Shown here: positions 26,056-37,700 of the stretch, one piece after another
Position numbering within the stretch: the first letter of the stretch is position 1
Layout: each line of letters starts with the position of its first letter
Source of the DNA: a virus
Direction: 5' to 3' (one strand)
Virus record (IMG/VR): IMGVR_UViG_3300035698_035359
Span: 26,260 to 90,259 of that record
Length of the DNA: 64,000 bases
Notes under the pieces: model-generated
The model's database searches: none
What the model saw: only the letters and a program-made list of their open reading frames with translations
Told to the model about the DNA's origin: nothing
Made by a program: the position numbers and the translations under genes

Positions 26056-26364
26056 ATGGATGAAAAGAAAAAAAATAATGGAAATGGTAGTAAACAAGCT
26101 GTTGAATGGTTTCGATTAATTACTCCAGTCTTGGTTACAATTAGTATATTTTTTCTAAGTGGACTTAGTTTTCAGTTGCATAGAATAGATAATAAATTAT
26201 TTACCCACTTAACAAATGATGAAATTCATGTACCTAGAGGACAAGTTGTTACCCAAGCTGAGTTTGATTTACATTGTAAGTTTGCCAAAGAAAATAAAGA
26301 AGATTTTTTGAGGGCACTTGGTGAATTTAAACAGGATATGAGAGCAGTTTTAGCACAAAAATAA
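26056..26364 (+). CDS. holin-like membrane protein
   Basis: single N-terminal TM followed by charged coiled region. Confidence 0.5.
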   Translation: MDEKKKNNGNGSKQAVEWFRLITPVLVTISIFFLSGLSFQLHRIDNKLFTHLTNDEIHVPRGQVVTQAEFDLHCKFAKENKEDFLRALGEFKQDMRAVLAQK

Positions 26365-26379
26365 AAAGGAGAATGACTT

Positions 26380-26592
26380 ATGAATAAAATTATACAGTTT
26401 CTAAAAAATATTTTGATGGGTATAGTTGGAATACTTGAAGCCATAGTAAAAGCTATCAAAGAAATTTGTACAGTAATTTTAGATATTATATCAATTATTC
26501 CGAAAGTTAAAATAGTTATTACTAAAGTTAGAGAGTTTTGTAATGGTTTATATGATAAACTAAGCGATTTAAAAGATTCATTGGAAGAATAA
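26380..26592 (+). CDS. small amphipathic or membrane protein (lysis module candidate)
   Basis: hydrophobic helical 70 aa; AAGGAG SD. Confidence 0.5.
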   Translation: MNKIIQFLKNILMGIVGILEAIVKAIKEICTVILDIISIIPKVKIVITKVREFCNGLYDKLSDLKDSLEE

Positions 26593-26593
26593 A

Positions 26594-27040
26594 ATGGCTG
26601 ATATAAATAAAGATATTAAGTGGTTGGGATTTTTAGAGCAGTTTTCAATAAAAAGAAAAACAATTTTCAAGTTGATAAACTATGCTTGGATACTTTTAGT
26701 AGTGATTTTGTTTTTTATGGGAATTGCTTTTATAAAGAACTTAATATTCCCTGTTAAGCCTATAAGTAATGTAAATACCCCAGTGTTTAATACTGGTGAA
26801 GGAACTAACGTGAATTATACTGTTGTTCAACAAACAGAAAGAGAACAAGAAAAAATAAATGTTGTTCCTTATGTAGATGCAAACTTCGGACAAAATAGAA
26901 GTATGGGTAATTGGAATCAAGGTGAAACTGGCTGGGAAGTAAAAGCTGGAGTTAGGATAGAATTTGATGGTTTGTTTGATTGGTTATTTCAAAGAAGTAA
27001 TAAAGCTGTGCAAATGGTTTCAAAACCTGTAATAGAATAA
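26594..27040 (+). CDS. membrane-anchored protein (spanin-like candidate)
   Basis: one TM then soluble region ending in an aromatic beta-hairpin (WEVKAGVRIEF). Confidence 0.45.
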   Translation: MADINKDIKWLGFLEQFSIKRKTIFKLINYAWILLVVILFFMGIAFIKNLIFPVKPISNVNTPVFNTGEGTNVNYTVVQQTEREQEKINVVPYVDANFGQNRSMGNWNQGETGWEVKAGVRIEFDGLFDWLFQRSNKAVQMVSKPVIE

Positions 27041-27047
27041 TTAATAA

Positions 27048-27069
27048 AGGGGCGAAGCAATTCGTCCCT
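27048..27069 (+). terminator. stem-loop with GNRA tetraloop
   Basis: AGGGGCGAA-gcaa-TTCGTCCCT. Confidence 0.5.
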
Positions 27070-27087
27070 CCAATGGAGAATAATTAA

Positions 27088-27495
27088 ATGGTAAACATAA
27101 ATAAATCTTTACCCAATATAAAAAAAATTCTTAGAGATAGTAACTATCGTACTAAGATATATGTTTCCTTTGCGTCAAAAGCCTACGGTGATGACTATGA
27201 CCCATTTGAAGGAAATTCTACAGATACTATATTAAACCATAAAACAATATATGGGATTGTTTCTGATATTACTCCTGAGAGTCTTGCTTGGAAGCAATAT
27301 GGGCAAAAGGCACAGGGTGCAAAAGAAATTCTATGTGAATCTAAATATATAAATTATTTTGAGCAATCAATAAAAATAAAAATAGGTACCAAATATTATA
27401 CTACCTTTAGAGATGCTGCTAGTTCTAGATGTTTAATTACTGAGCGTGCTATGGGAATGATTCGAGTTATAGTGCAACAGAAAGATGAGGCATAA
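27088..27495 (+). CDS. head closure/stopper candidate
   Basis: size and position in neck module. Confidence 0.5.
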   Translation: MVNINKSLPNIKKILRDSNYRTKIYVSFASKAYGDDYDPFEGNSTDTILNHKTIYGIVSDITPESLAWKQYGQKAQGAKEILCESKYINYFEQSIKIKIGTKYYTTFRDAASSRCLITERAMGMIRVIVQQKDEA

Positions 27496-27497
27496 TT

Positions 27498-27980
27498 ATG
27501 GCTAGTGTATATTTTTCAGTTTTCCGTAATATGGAATTATCATTGCTTGAATATTTGCAAACACAACTAAATGCAAGTTGGACTGGCATAACAACTGTAA
27601 AAACTTTTAAAAATGTCTATTCAAAAAATGTTTCTGTTCCAATAGTAACTGCTAGAATGTTAGATTTAGGTCCAGAAACATTAGAAATTGGAGCAACAAC
27701 TTTAGACCCAAAACCTTTATTTTCTATTGATATTTTTGCAATATCTCAAGCTCAAAGACTTGACCTTGCAGCCTTTCTTACTGATAAATTAAAAGATTCT
27801 TTTGACTATCAAACTTATGCTCATGCTTCTGGAGATAAAAGTACAATAGAAGGAACTGTAGCTGGCAAATTAAAAGTAATTACTTGGATAACTAATGCCC
27901 CTCTGGATTTCGGAGAGCAGGTTGAGGTCAAAGACCGATACAGACATAATATTTCTATTCAAATTAGAAAGAGTACTTAA
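27498..27980 (+). CDS. tail terminator candidate
   Basis: P.VT...FSIDIFA.S.AQRLDLA.FL.D.L pattern; position. Confidence 0.6.
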   Translation: MASVYFSVFRNMELSLLEYLQTQLNASWTGITTVKTFKNVYSKNVSVPIVTARMLDLGPETLEIGATTLDPKPLFSIDIFAISQAQRLDLAAFLTDKLKDSFDYQTYAHASGDKSTIEGTVAGKLKVITWITNAPLDFGEQVEVKDRYRHNISIQIRKST

Positions 27981-27981
27981 A

Positions 27982-28518
27982 ATGATTACTAAGATAAGAT
28001 ATACTAAGCAGGGTAAAGGATATATTGAATTGTCTAGAGATATTGATTTTCAATTTATTACAATAGAAAATGGTTTAGTTGCATTGGGTGAAGAAACAAA
28101 AACTCATATGCAAACAATTATTCAGACTAGTAAGAAAAGGTCTGGAAGTAAAAATGAATTAGAGAATTCAATACGAGTTCATAAACAAAAAATAACAGCA
28201 AATAGAATTGATGTGGGTGTTGGAAAGAAAAGCGAATTACCAAAATATTGGGCTGTTATTAATTATGGAGGATATTCAGGTGCAGCTCTTTCTGGTAAAA
28301 AAGTTCCAGGTTCTTTTGGCGGTAGCCCACCTAATCCATCTTACAAAGGAACAGGAATAGGTCATGAGAAATATGACTATGCTAGAGGTGGTCCTTATTT
28401 TATGAAAGTTGAAAGTCCAATTATGGCGATGAATTATATAGAGAAAACTATTGTATGGGCAAATACTATTAGTAGAGTTCATTATAGTAATTGGAATAAT
28501 AAAATAAAAGTGATTTAG
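27982..28518 (+). CDS. neck/tail completion protein (HK97 gp10-like)
   Basis: LENSI, YWAVINYG, MNYIEK; likely start MITKIRY. Confidence 0.55.
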   Translation: MITKIRYTKQGKGYIELSRDIDFQFITIENGLVALGEETKTHMQTIIQTSKKRSGSKNELENSIRVHKQKITANRIDVGVGKKSELPKYWAVINYGGYSGAALSGKKVPGSFGGSPPNPSYKGTGIGHEKYDYARGGPYFMKVESPIMAMNYIEKTIVWANTISRVHYSNWNNKIKVI

Positions 28519-28620
28519 AATAAGTAAGATTGTTACAATTAAGTAAGACAGATAAATAAGATTCTTCCAAGGAGAGGAGAGTCAACCAGTACAATTACAT
28601 TTTCATAGGAGGAAAATAAA

Positions 28621-29844
28621 ATTATACATACCAGCCACTACGAACCACGCTACTTCCCATATAAGGGAGCAGCAACAATCATATCTACTGAAATAGATAG
28701 ATTACAAGATTTAGCAGCTACATCTACTTTAAATCGTACTAAGCTTGAAGAATTAGGTAGAGAAGGGCTTGTTGATTGGAGAAAAACAACTCCGACAGTT
28801 GGTCTTACTTTAAGACAATTAGAATATGGAGGATTTGAGTTTTATCAGCAGTTAGCTAATGTAGCATCTACAGATGTTAAAGTAGAGGCTAAAGATTTTA
28901 AAACTTCATTAGGAGATATTGCAGGATATGAAACTGATGATGATGCTTCATTTTTAAGTACCGTGTGGTATCCTAAACAGAAACTTGCAGGATTTAGTTT
29001 AAATATAGGAGACCCAGATGCAGTAGCGGAAAGAACATTTAATTTAGTTGGTGAAGATAGAATAATTTTAAGAGGAACAGGAAAATATCTTATTGATTTA
29101 ATAGATAGTGCTACTGCTGCAGGACATCAAATTGTTATAGCTTCTGGTGGTTTTGCTGATTATCCAGCTCCTGTTGAAGACCAAGATAATTCTGGAAATT
29201 ATTTCCTAAGATGCGTTAGATATAGAAGTAGTATTGCTACAGAATTAGTTGAAGGAACAGACTTTACTTGGGATAATGGAACTCAAACTATAACTATTCC
29301 ACTCTCAGCAAGTGGTGATGTTTTTAGATTTATGTATTCTGCTGCAGCTTATATAACTGATAGTAGCCCGTTTACAGAAAATGATTCAGATTTGGCAGCA
29401 ATTACTGCTGATTCAGTTAGCATTTATTTAGGTTCTGGTGAAGAATACTTATATAAAATACAAAATGTAGCTTGTGATATTAGTTTAGATAGATTTGATG
29501 TTAGAGAAGTTGGTAATTCTACTGTTGTAAAGGAAGGTGCTAGAGACATAACAACTAGTATTACTTTGGGTAGAATTCTTGAAGATTATACTATTGAGCA
29601 AATTTTACGAGGTGAAGGTTCTACTTTTAGAAAACTTGATATAAAGAAATTTGTTGATGAATTGCAACTTATTATAAAACTTTATTCAGATGATGGTAAA
29701 GGAACATTTTTGATGGGATATAAATTTACAGATTTAGCTCCAGCAAGTTTGGATGATGCTAATGCCTTAAATGATTACAGTACTATTGGTGTAAGTTTAA
29801 CTGGCGAATCCATGTTTGTAACAAATGATGAAACTGAGCTTTAA
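28621..29844 (+). CDS. major tail tube protein, apparently initiating at ATT
   Basis: frame open from 28609 to 29844; AGGAGG SD 8 nt before ATT at 28621; in-frame TAG at 28606; ORF track catches only the last 293 aa. Confidence 0.7.
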   Translation: MIHTSHYEPRYFPYKGAATIISTEIDRLQDLAATSTLNRTKLEELGREGLVDWRKTTPTVGLTLRQLEYGGFEFYQQLANVASTDVKVEAKDFKTSLGDIAGYETDDDASFLSTVWYPKQKLAGFSLNIGDPDAVAERTFNLVGEDRIILRGTGKYLIDLIDSATAAGHQIVIASGGFADYPAPVEDQDNSGNYFLRCVRYRSSIATELVEGTDFTWDNGTQTITIPLSASGDVFRFMYSAAAYITDSSPFTENDSDLAAITADSVSIYLGSGEEYLYKIQNVACDISLDRFDVREVGNSTVVKEGARDITTSITLGRILEDYTIEQILRGEGSTFRKLDIKKFVDELQLIIKLYSDDGKGTFLMGYKFTDLAPASLDDANALNDYSTIGVSLTGESMFVTNDETEL

Positions 29845-29862
29845 TATAGCAAAATAAGAAAC

Positions 29863-29887
29863 GGGGAGGGATTAATTTCCTTCCCCT
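29863..29887 (+). terminator. stem-loop after tail tube gene
   Basis: GGGGAGGGA...TCCTTCCCC inverted repeat. Confidence 0.5.
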
Positions 29888-29927
29888 CCAAATAGTAATT
29901 AAATGTAAGAAAAAATAAGGAGCAAGT

Positions 29928-30194
29928 ATGGGAAATGAAACTTTAAATATAAGTTATGATTATTTAAAAGAAGTAATAGGTTTTTCTTCTTCTAAATGCG
30001 TGGGCAAGATTATGAAGAGATTTGATTTATTTGAGAGCCCAGAGGTTCTAAAAAAAGAAATCAAGGAGTTGATATATGAAAATTATAGAGACTTTCTTGA
30101 TATTATATTAGCCCATAATAAGGGACTTGATATGGATATTTTTGTGTTTAAAGGCAAGAAAAAATTAGGGGAAGACTCTACCTATAAAGGGTAG
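29928..30194 (+). CDS. hypothetical protein
   Basis: AAGGAG SD, 88 aa. Confidence 0.65.
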   Translation: MGNETLNISYDYLKEVIGFSSSKCVGKIMKRFDLFESPEVLKKEIKELIYENYRDFLDIILAHNKGLDMDIFVFKGKKKLGEDSTYKG

Positions 30195-30240
30195 AAGTGT
30201 TCCCTCTTTTTTATTTTTATAACGAAAAGGAGAGTAAGGT

Positions 30241-30924
30241 ATGAATAAAGAATTTTTAGAAAGTGGTAAGACACCAGAAGAGCAATTAGCTGAAGATATT
30301 AAGCTAAAAGAAGTTAAAAAACAAATGCAAAAAGTTATGAATATGGATTTGTTAGAGAAAGTTTTAGAGAATAATGAGTTTATATTTTCAATTGAAGATA
30401 TAAAATATAAAGTAAAAAAACCTTCCTTTGAGCAGAAACAGGATGCTAATAATAAAAGAATTGCAAAATATATGGAGCTATTACAACATCCTACCTTTGT
30501 TTTAGAAGAAGAGTTACGCAAGATTTATAAACCTAAAGGTGTAGATATAGATGCAATGGATGAGAAAATGTTTAATATAACTAAAAAGAAAGAAGATTAT
30601 TTACTTAAATTAGGAAAAGCGATTAAAGACAAAAAACCTGATGCAGAGAAACAAGCATTTAAAAAAGAAATAGAAATTCTTCAACAAGAATTACAGGACG
30701 TTTCTATAAAGAAAACTTCGTATCTAGAATTATCTATAGAACATCAAGTTATAATTTATGTTTACTCATATTTAACTTATTTAATATCTGAAAAGAAAGA
30801 AAAAGATAAGTGGATACCAGTTTGGAAAACTTATGATGAATTTACAAGAGATAGTGGAGTAAGAATGGATGGAATAACTTTTTATGCTTCTTCAATAATA
30901 AGTGATGAATTAAATAAACAGTAA
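30241..30924 (+). CDS. tail assembly chaperone candidate
   Basis: coiled-coil, between tail tube and tape measure. Confidence 0.55.
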   Translation: MNKEFLESGKTPEEQLAEDIKLKEVKKQMQKVMNMDLLEKVLENNEFIFSIEDIKYKVKKPSFEQKQDANNKRIAKYMELLQHPTFVLEEELRKIYKPKGVDIDAMDEKMFNITKKKEDYLLKLGKAIKDKKPDAEKQAFKKEIEILQQELQDVSIKKTSYLELSIEHQVIIYVYSYLTYLISEKKEKDKWIPVWKTYDEFTRDSGVRMDGITFYASSIISDELNKQ

Positions 30925-30934
30925 GGACCATACT

Positions 30935-31312
30935 ATGAAATATAATAATTTTAGACCTTATAGTTTAATTCGTGAGTTGGCAAAAACAGACAAATATCAA
31001 GCATTATATTCACAAGCTAAAGAATTACACCTAAAATTATTTCTTAATGAGTTTAATTTTACAGACAAACAACTAATGTTTTTAAATTACTTGTCTTTTT
31101 ATGCCTCCTTAAATTTGGATGTTGCTTTAGGTGATGTGGAAGAGATAGTATTTGAGAATGAAATATATGAAGATGCTTATGCATTTTACCGTAATTCAGA
31201 ACGTAAAAAAGATAAAAAGCTAGTAGATAATAAAGGGAATAAGAACCAAAAAAATCAATCAGGGAATACTGATTCTTGGATTTTTAAATCTAAGAAGAAG
31301 TTAAATAAATAA
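30935..31312 (+). CDS. tail assembly chaperone 2 candidate
   Basis: immediately before tape measure. Confidence 0.5.
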   Translation: MKYNNFRPYSLIRELAKTDKYQALYSQAKELHLKLFLNEFNFTDKQLMFLNYLSFYASLNLDVALGDVEEIVFENEIYEDAYAFYRNSERKKDKKLVDNKGNKNQKNQSGNTDSWIFKSKKKLNK

Positions 31313-31313
31313 A

Positions 31314-34142
31314 ATGGCGCAAACTACTACAACTTATTTAATACGATATGTCGGAGATACTAAAGGATTAAAACAAGTCCAACAACAATTAGCTAGGACT
31401 AATAAGGTACAGGGTGCAAGTGTTAAAGAGCAAGATAAGTTAGCAAAATCAAGTAAAAGTCTTGGCCAAAATATGGCTCGTTTAGCTGGACGTGCAGCTA
31501 TAACTATTCCTATCTGGCTTGCTCTACGTGGTGCTATTATGTCGGTAATTGGTTTTGTTAAAGATTCAATTAAAACTTGGATAGATTTAGAGCGAGAAAT
31601 GGGTAGAGTTGCTACTGTTACTAGGGGAAGCGCAGCAGAGCTTGATTTATTAAAAAATAAAGTTATAGACTTTTCAGCATCTTCAAGTAGAGGATTTAAA
31701 GAAGCTGCATCGGCAATGTATGCTTTAGGTTCTGCAGGATTATCTGTTACAGAGCAGTTGACTGGTATGGAACATATTATGAATGTATCTATTGGTACTT
31801 TTGGCGATACTGAACAAATAGCTAAATTAGTTGCGGGTGCTTACAATGTTTTTGGTAAATCTATGGATGAAGCATATACTTCTTCAGCAAAATTCAAAAG
31901 AATATCTGATATTTTATCATATACATATAGTACACAGCAGGTAGAGTTATCAGAAATAGCAAACGCTATGACTTATGTTGCTTCTATTGGTAGTTTGATG
32001 AACATAAAATTTGAAACCCTTGTTGGAACAATAGGTGTTTTAAATACTGGAATGTTAAAAGGTAGTAAATCTGGTACAGCATTGATGAATGCCTTTATAC
32101 GAGTAGCGCAAAAAAGTGATGCATTAGCTAAATTGGGAGTTGTATTTGACCCAAGTGCGTCACTAGACTTTTTAGATGTAATGACTCAATTACATATTAA
32201 ATATGGAGACCAAGCACTTTCTTTAATGAATTTAAAAGAAATAATGGATGTATTTGGGAGAAGAGGGGGTAGAGCTGCAGCTCAATTAATTAAGGATTTT
32301 GATAGATGGAAAAAGTCTTTAGATGATGGTAAAGCTACATTTGAAGATTTTGCTGCACAAATGAAAGAGGACGCAGAAAACACTTTACCTATGGCTTTTG
32401 CCAAATTAGGTAATTCTATAAAGGCTAATGTAGTTGGAGCATTATCAGAAAGTTCAGGTGAGTTGAAAGATTTTATTAATACTATAAATGAGATAACAGA
32501 AGAGCAAAGATTGGCAGCTGAAGGAAAAAAATATTTACGTGGTCCAGATAGAAGTTCAGCAAAGACTGAAGACCCTACAAATAAATCTGCTTGGGGGGTT
32601 GCTCTTGAGTTAGCTTTGCGTCAAATTCGTGGGTTAAATAAAGAAAATACTGCAGAAAATGTCAAACAAGCAAAAGCTCACGGTGGATTAATTGATGCAA
32701 TGAAACAGGCCAATGTGTTATTAGAGAAAAAAAAGAAATTAACAAAAGAAGAAATTGGGTTTCAAAAAGAAATGAAATCAATTGGTAAAGAGTTAGCTGA
32801 AAGTACTAAAAGTTCTGTAGATGCAGAAGCAGATGCCCGTTTAAGAATCTCTAAATATATTTTTAATAATGCTAACATGTTAGAAATGAATCAAAAACTT
32901 TTTAATGCAACTGTAGATATATTAAAAGACCAGTTACTAATAAAAAAGAGTGAATTACAAGTTGCTAGAGAGTTAGCTAAAGAAGACCAGAAGAAAATTG
33001 ATAAAATAAAAGATTCAATGCAGTACGAGGAAATGAAGTTAAGAGGAGTTAAAGAAAGTACCATAGAGAGATTAAAGTTAGATAAGATGATTCTTGAAAT
33101 AAATGAAAAAATTGCTAGGGCAAACGAAAAAGATGGAAAATTAAATCTACAAAATTTAGATGCTACTAGTTTAATGTTAGGTGAAACAGAAGCTTTAGAA
33201 GCAGCAATTCAGCATGTAGGTGAAGCAGGAAAAACTGCATTATTAAAAACTTTTACTCAAGCGAAAAAAACTATTGGTGAATTAAGAGAAGAAGTTGCAG
33301 AGTTTAGTGATGAATTAAAGGGCTCTTTTCAAGAAGGATTTGTAGACTTATTTAAAGGTGATATAGGGTTAGCAGAATTTGGTGATAGAATAGGTGAAAC
33401 AATGAGAGAAGCTATTTTATCTCAAGCTGCTGAAGGGTTAACTGATTTAGTTTTTAATATGACTGGTATGGGTGACCTTTTTGGTGCTCAAATGCTTGAT
33501 ATAAAAGGGATGTTTGGTGGACCAGCAGCTCAATTTGAAGTAGCTATAATAAAAGCTTCAAGGGAAGGTTCAGCTATGTATGCAACTGCTATAAGTAATG
33601 CTAGCGTGGCTGGGGGAAGTAAGATTGGTACTGCTTGGGCAGGAGAAACTTTTGCAGGAAAAAGTCCTTTAGACGCATATGCTAAGGCAAAAGGCCAAGG
33701 AGCTACTGATGCCGATGCTTTAAAAGCAAGTAAAGGGTTCCAATTACCAGCAGGATTGCAAAAAGGATTAGGTTTCGGTATGGCTGGGTTATCTGGTTTT
33801 ATGGCAGGTCAAGCAGGTGGTGGAGGTATGGCTGGAGGTTTAATGGGTGGTGCAGGTGGAATATTATCTATGATTCCAGGAATGCAAGGATTTGGAGCAG
33901 CATTAAGTTTTGGTGCTCAACTATTTGGCATGTTCGGGAAGAAAGAAACTAAAGTAGAAGAAAAGCGACAAACTTTGCAAGTGACCTCCAGAATTGATGT
34001 TACTAATCATCAATTAGATATAGTAAACAGAAATCTTGTAGCAATGAGACAAGAACTTACTTATATAATGCAAGAAAGTTTCTATTTTTCAGAGAAACGT
34101 GGAACACTTGAAGACAATTTTTCATTAGATAGTCGTAGATAA
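31314..34142 (+). CDS. tail tape measure protein (TP901-type core)
   Basis: EREMGRVATV, EAASAMYALGSAG, LKGSKSGTAL, Ala/Gly-rich helical C-terminus. Confidence 0.92.
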   Translation: MAQTTTTYLIRYVGDTKGLKQVQQQLARTNKVQGASVKEQDKLAKSSKSLGQNMARLAGRAAITIPIWLALRGAIMSVIGFVKDSIKTWIDLEREMGRVATVTRGSAAELDLLKNKVIDFSASSSRGFKEAASAMYALGSAGLSVTEQLTGMEHIMNVSIGTFGDTEQIAKLVAGAYNVFGKSMDEAYTSSAKFKRISDILSYTYSTQQVELSEIANAMTYVASIGSLMNIKFETLVGTIGVLNTGMLKGSKSGTALMNAFIRVAQKSDALAKLGVVFDPSASLDFLDVMTQLHIKYGDQALSLMNLKEIMDVFGRRGGRAAAQLIKDFDRWKKSLDDGKATFEDFAAQMKEDAENTLPMAFAKLGNSIKANVVGALSESSGELKDFINTINEITEEQRLAAEGKKYLRGPDRSSAKTEDPTNKSAWGVALELALRQIRGLNKENTAENVKQAKAHGGLIDAMKQANVLLEKKKKLTKEEIGFQKEMKSIGKELAESTKSSVDAEADARLRISKYIFNNANMLEMNQKLFNATVDILKDQLLIKKSELQVARELAKEDQKKIDKIKDSMQYEEMKLRGVKESTIERLKLDKMILEINEKIARANEKDGKLNLQNLDATSLMLGETEALEAAIQHVGEAGKTALLKTFTQAKKTIGELREEVAEFSDELKGSFQEGFVDLFKGDIGLAEFGDRIGETMREAILSQAAEGLTDLVFNMTGMGDLFGAQMLDIKGMFGGPAAQFEVAIIKASREGSAMYATAISNASVAGGSKIGTAWAGETFAGKSPLDAYAKAKGQGATDADALKASKGFQLPAGLQKGLGFGMAGLSGFMAGQAGGGGMAGGLMGGAGGILSMIPGMQGFGAALSFGAQLFGMFGKKETKVEEKRQTLQVTSRIDVTNHQLDIVNRNLVAMRQELTYIMQESFYFSEKRGTLEDNFSLDSRR

Positions 34143-34184
34143 TTCTATGAAAATAAAATATAAAAATTTAGTGAGGTAAAATAA

Positions 34185-34580
34185 ATGGGAACACGTGGCA
34201 CATGGACTATTTATAGCAAAAGTACAGGAAGCTGGGTAGCAGATGGAACAATTTACCCTCCAAATTCTGATATTATCTTCCCAGAAATTTCAACTCAAAG
34301 CAAATCAAAATCTGCTGACGGAGATAACATATTTTTTACGCCTGCTACAAAATATGTAAAAGAACCAATTTCTTGGGTCTGGTATGCAGTAAATTCTACA
34401 TTTAAGAATAAAATTAGAACTTACTTTAGAGCTGGAACAAGTGTTAAAATTGTGGATGATAATAGCGTAAATCATATTGGAAGATTCACATCTTATAATG
34501 AAAGTAGGCTAATTGCTGATGGTGAAGAAGATGTTTTTAATGTTCAGGCTACCTTAGAACAAATACCTTCACTGGCTTAA
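34185..34580 (+). CDS. distal tail protein candidate
   Basis: follows TMP; SKSADG motif, beta-rich. Confidence 0.55.
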   Translation: MGTRGTWTIYSKSTGSWVADGTIYPPNSDIIFPEISTQSKSKSADGDNIFFTPATKYVKEPISWVWYAVNSTFKNKIRTYFRAGTSVKIVDDNSVNHIGRFTSYNESRLIADGEEDVFNVQATLEQIPSLA

Positions 34581-34584
34581 TATT

Positions 34585-34749
34585 ATGAATATAATAACTA
34601 AAAAAATAAAATTTGAGATAGATTTCCAATGTAAATGTGGATGCTCACGTTTTTTAGAAACAAAGATAAATCCAGCACAAATTAAATTACTTTGTACTAA
34701 TTGCGAAAAAATTTTTGTGATGTCAATCTGTACTGAGGAGAAGAAATAG
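34585..34749 (+). CDS. 54-aa zinc-ribbon peptide
   Basis: FQCKCGCSRF...LLCTNCEK fills the gap between tail genes. Confidence 0.55.
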   Translation: MNIITKKIKFEIDFQCKCGCSRFLETKINPAQIKLLCTNCEKIFVMSICTEEKK

Positions 34750-34750
34750 A

Positions 34751-37700
34751 ATGGCAAAGGCACTAACTCAAACAATTCAAAATATGATAACAGTTAAGGA
34801 TATACAAGGAACTTATATCTTTGAAATCAATGATGTTGTCTTTACTTCTTCAGTAATAAGCTATAATATTTCATATGATAAAGATTTTGGAAGTGCCTCT
34901 GCAACTTTTACCTTAGATAATAATGCTAGTGCATTTGGGTCTGGTGGCGCAAGTGAAATCAAAATTGGAGATAAAATAGAATTAATTGAAGATTATACTG
35001 GTGATTCTACTAATTGGAAAAGTTTCTATGGTGAAGTTGTTCAAAGAACTATAAATAAAAATTCGAGTAATCGAACTATAACTATAACTTGTTTAGATTA
35101 TATAAATAAACTTAAAAACTATGATATAGATTTAGAGGTTGAAGGAACAAAAGTAGAAGTTACTAATGAAGTTTTAACTCCTAATTACTTAGCTTCTCCT
35201 AATGAAGATTTAGCGCAATTATATGATTTTGTCAATGATGCAATTGCTACTAATCCAATGCCTGTTATAATGATAGAAGATACTTATAATAGCACTGAAG
35301 ACCCACAATTTGATGGGTTTGAAGTCTATTATCCAACTGGTCAATTAAAGTTAGGTACACCGTTAAATGCCAAAAATAATTATAATGTAAAAGTCCGTTC
35401 TTACTATTACTATACTCATGGCGTTTATGGGGAAGATATTTTAGAAGAAATTCTTACGCAGGTTGATGGATATGGAAATTATTTATTCGGTGAAACTTCT
35501 GCTCAAGATGTAATAGATAATCATCTAACAACAACATATGAAGCAGAGGAGGGTACAGGAGAAACAGATACCTTAACTCCCAATACATCTACCTCTACTA
35601 TTACTATTGAAACTACTTTAGCTTCTAGTGTTTCTGCTGGAGCTACTAGTGTTGTTTTAACTTCTGGGAGTGGATTTCCTACAAGTGGTTCAGGAACTAT
35701 AAATGGTGATACATTTACTTGGACAGGTAAAAGTACTAATACTTTAACAGGTGTACCAGCTACTGGGGGTAATGCTTTAAAGGCACATAATTCTGGTGAT
35801 TATGCGGAATATGAATCAACTTATGTAGCAGGAAAAGTGTGGAGTCTTACTTATAGTAATTTAGTAACAACTTTAGTTTCTGGTAATTTTACTGTTCCAG
35901 GTGCGACAATTGACTATGTTGATAAGCGATATGGCAGAATTATTTTAGATACTGCTATTTCTTTATTAGCAACAGTAACTTGCGATATTAATTATAGCCT
36001 TAAAACCTTGCAAGCAACAGGAATAGAGTTAAATGGTATTAAATTTAAACCAAGAGAACTAGATAACGCTTTTGACGCAATAGAAAAATTGAGAAAATAT
36101 TTAGCTCCTAATTATATTATTAGAACTCAAGGAGATGATAAGATTTGGGCATCATATTTAACTCAAAAAACAATTGCAGATTACACATTAAATTTAATGC
36201 AAAAAATAGATTATATGGATGATGAAGATATCTACACTAGAGTTAGTTTTTATGGAAAAAATGCTGACCCAACAGATTTAATGTTTGGAGATGATGTAGA
36301 TTTTGTAACTACTGGGGAAAACTATAAGGCTTTAGCATCACAAAATACTTTAACTTTTGATAGTGAAGAGGGTAACTATTATGTATATAAGAGTTCTCTT
36401 GGTAGCGCAGGATATATAGATTTGGAAGATATAAAGCCTATCGTCTATATTAACAATGTTGCGATTGATAATAAATCACATCAAATGGTGGCTTTACCTG
36501 TTGTTGTTGAAGTAAATAATAGAAGTGAAACTAGGTCTGGATGTCATGGTACAAGTAAAGAAAACTATACTAAAATTACTCAATATTATTGGTATAATAT
36601 CTATTTTTCACATATGAATATAGAACCAACTGAACCTATTTATATATACAATTCTACAGGTAGTTTGATTGTAACTATTTCAGCAAATGATGGAAATATG
36701 GACTATGCTAATGGAATATGGAGGGCTCCAGGTGACCAACGAAACAGTACTTTAGAAAGTATTTCCACTGCAACATATACAGTATTTTATTCAGATGAGA
36801 GTTTAGTAATAGATTATAACAATGTTCTATTTAAAATTGCTAAAAGCATCATACCAGATAGAACTAAGGCATCGGTTTCAGCAACCTATGAATATTGGTA
36901 TATTATGACACCAGTAGAAAATATTGCATCAATTGTTGATGGTAGATGGGATACTCAAGTTCAAACTGAATTTTTTGCTGAACCTACAACTGGATATAAT
37001 TATGCTATAATAGATTTGGGAGCAACTAAGAATATACAAACAATAGATTTAGTTGCTGGGTTTTTCAAGCCCGATACAATTAGAAAATATGATGTAGATA
37101 TACGTTTTACTTTACATTCATCAACTGACAATATAACTTATACAGCAATTAGTGATGCTACTCACAATGTTAAATTAACTGGTGGCGAAGCTGCTACTTT
37201 TAGTGAAGAAGATTTAGGTACAAGTTTTACTGCTAGATATATAAAAATTATATTAGAAAGTGTTAAGAAAATTGATTTTAGAGATGGAGTCTGGCCTGTA
37301 GCTTTTACAGAAATTGCAGCTTATGATAATATTATAGTTAATTCACAAGCTACTTTAATTGTCACTAATGAGTTAAATGGTGCATTATCTGGTGGAGAGT
37401 CCACTGTAACAGTTTTAGATACAACAGGATTTGACAGTTCAGGTACAGCATATTTAAACGCAGGAGGAACTTCAGGTAATACTGATGATGCTTTTACATA
37501 TACAGGAAAAACATCAACTACTTTTACTGGTTGTAGTGGAGTTCAAGCTCAAAGTGATGACGCTACTGTAGCACAAACTTTAGAAACAGATACTACTTTA
37601 TATGACCATTTATATCTTTTACCAAGTTTAGGAGATAGATTATATAAAGATGTTAGAATAAGTGATGAAACTTTATATACTCAAACACAATTGGATGATT

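Noticed and set aside
30241-31312. Programmed frameshift between tail chaperone genes
   Set aside because: No convincing slippery heptamer near the first stop; the second ORF has its own AAGGA SD and ATG.
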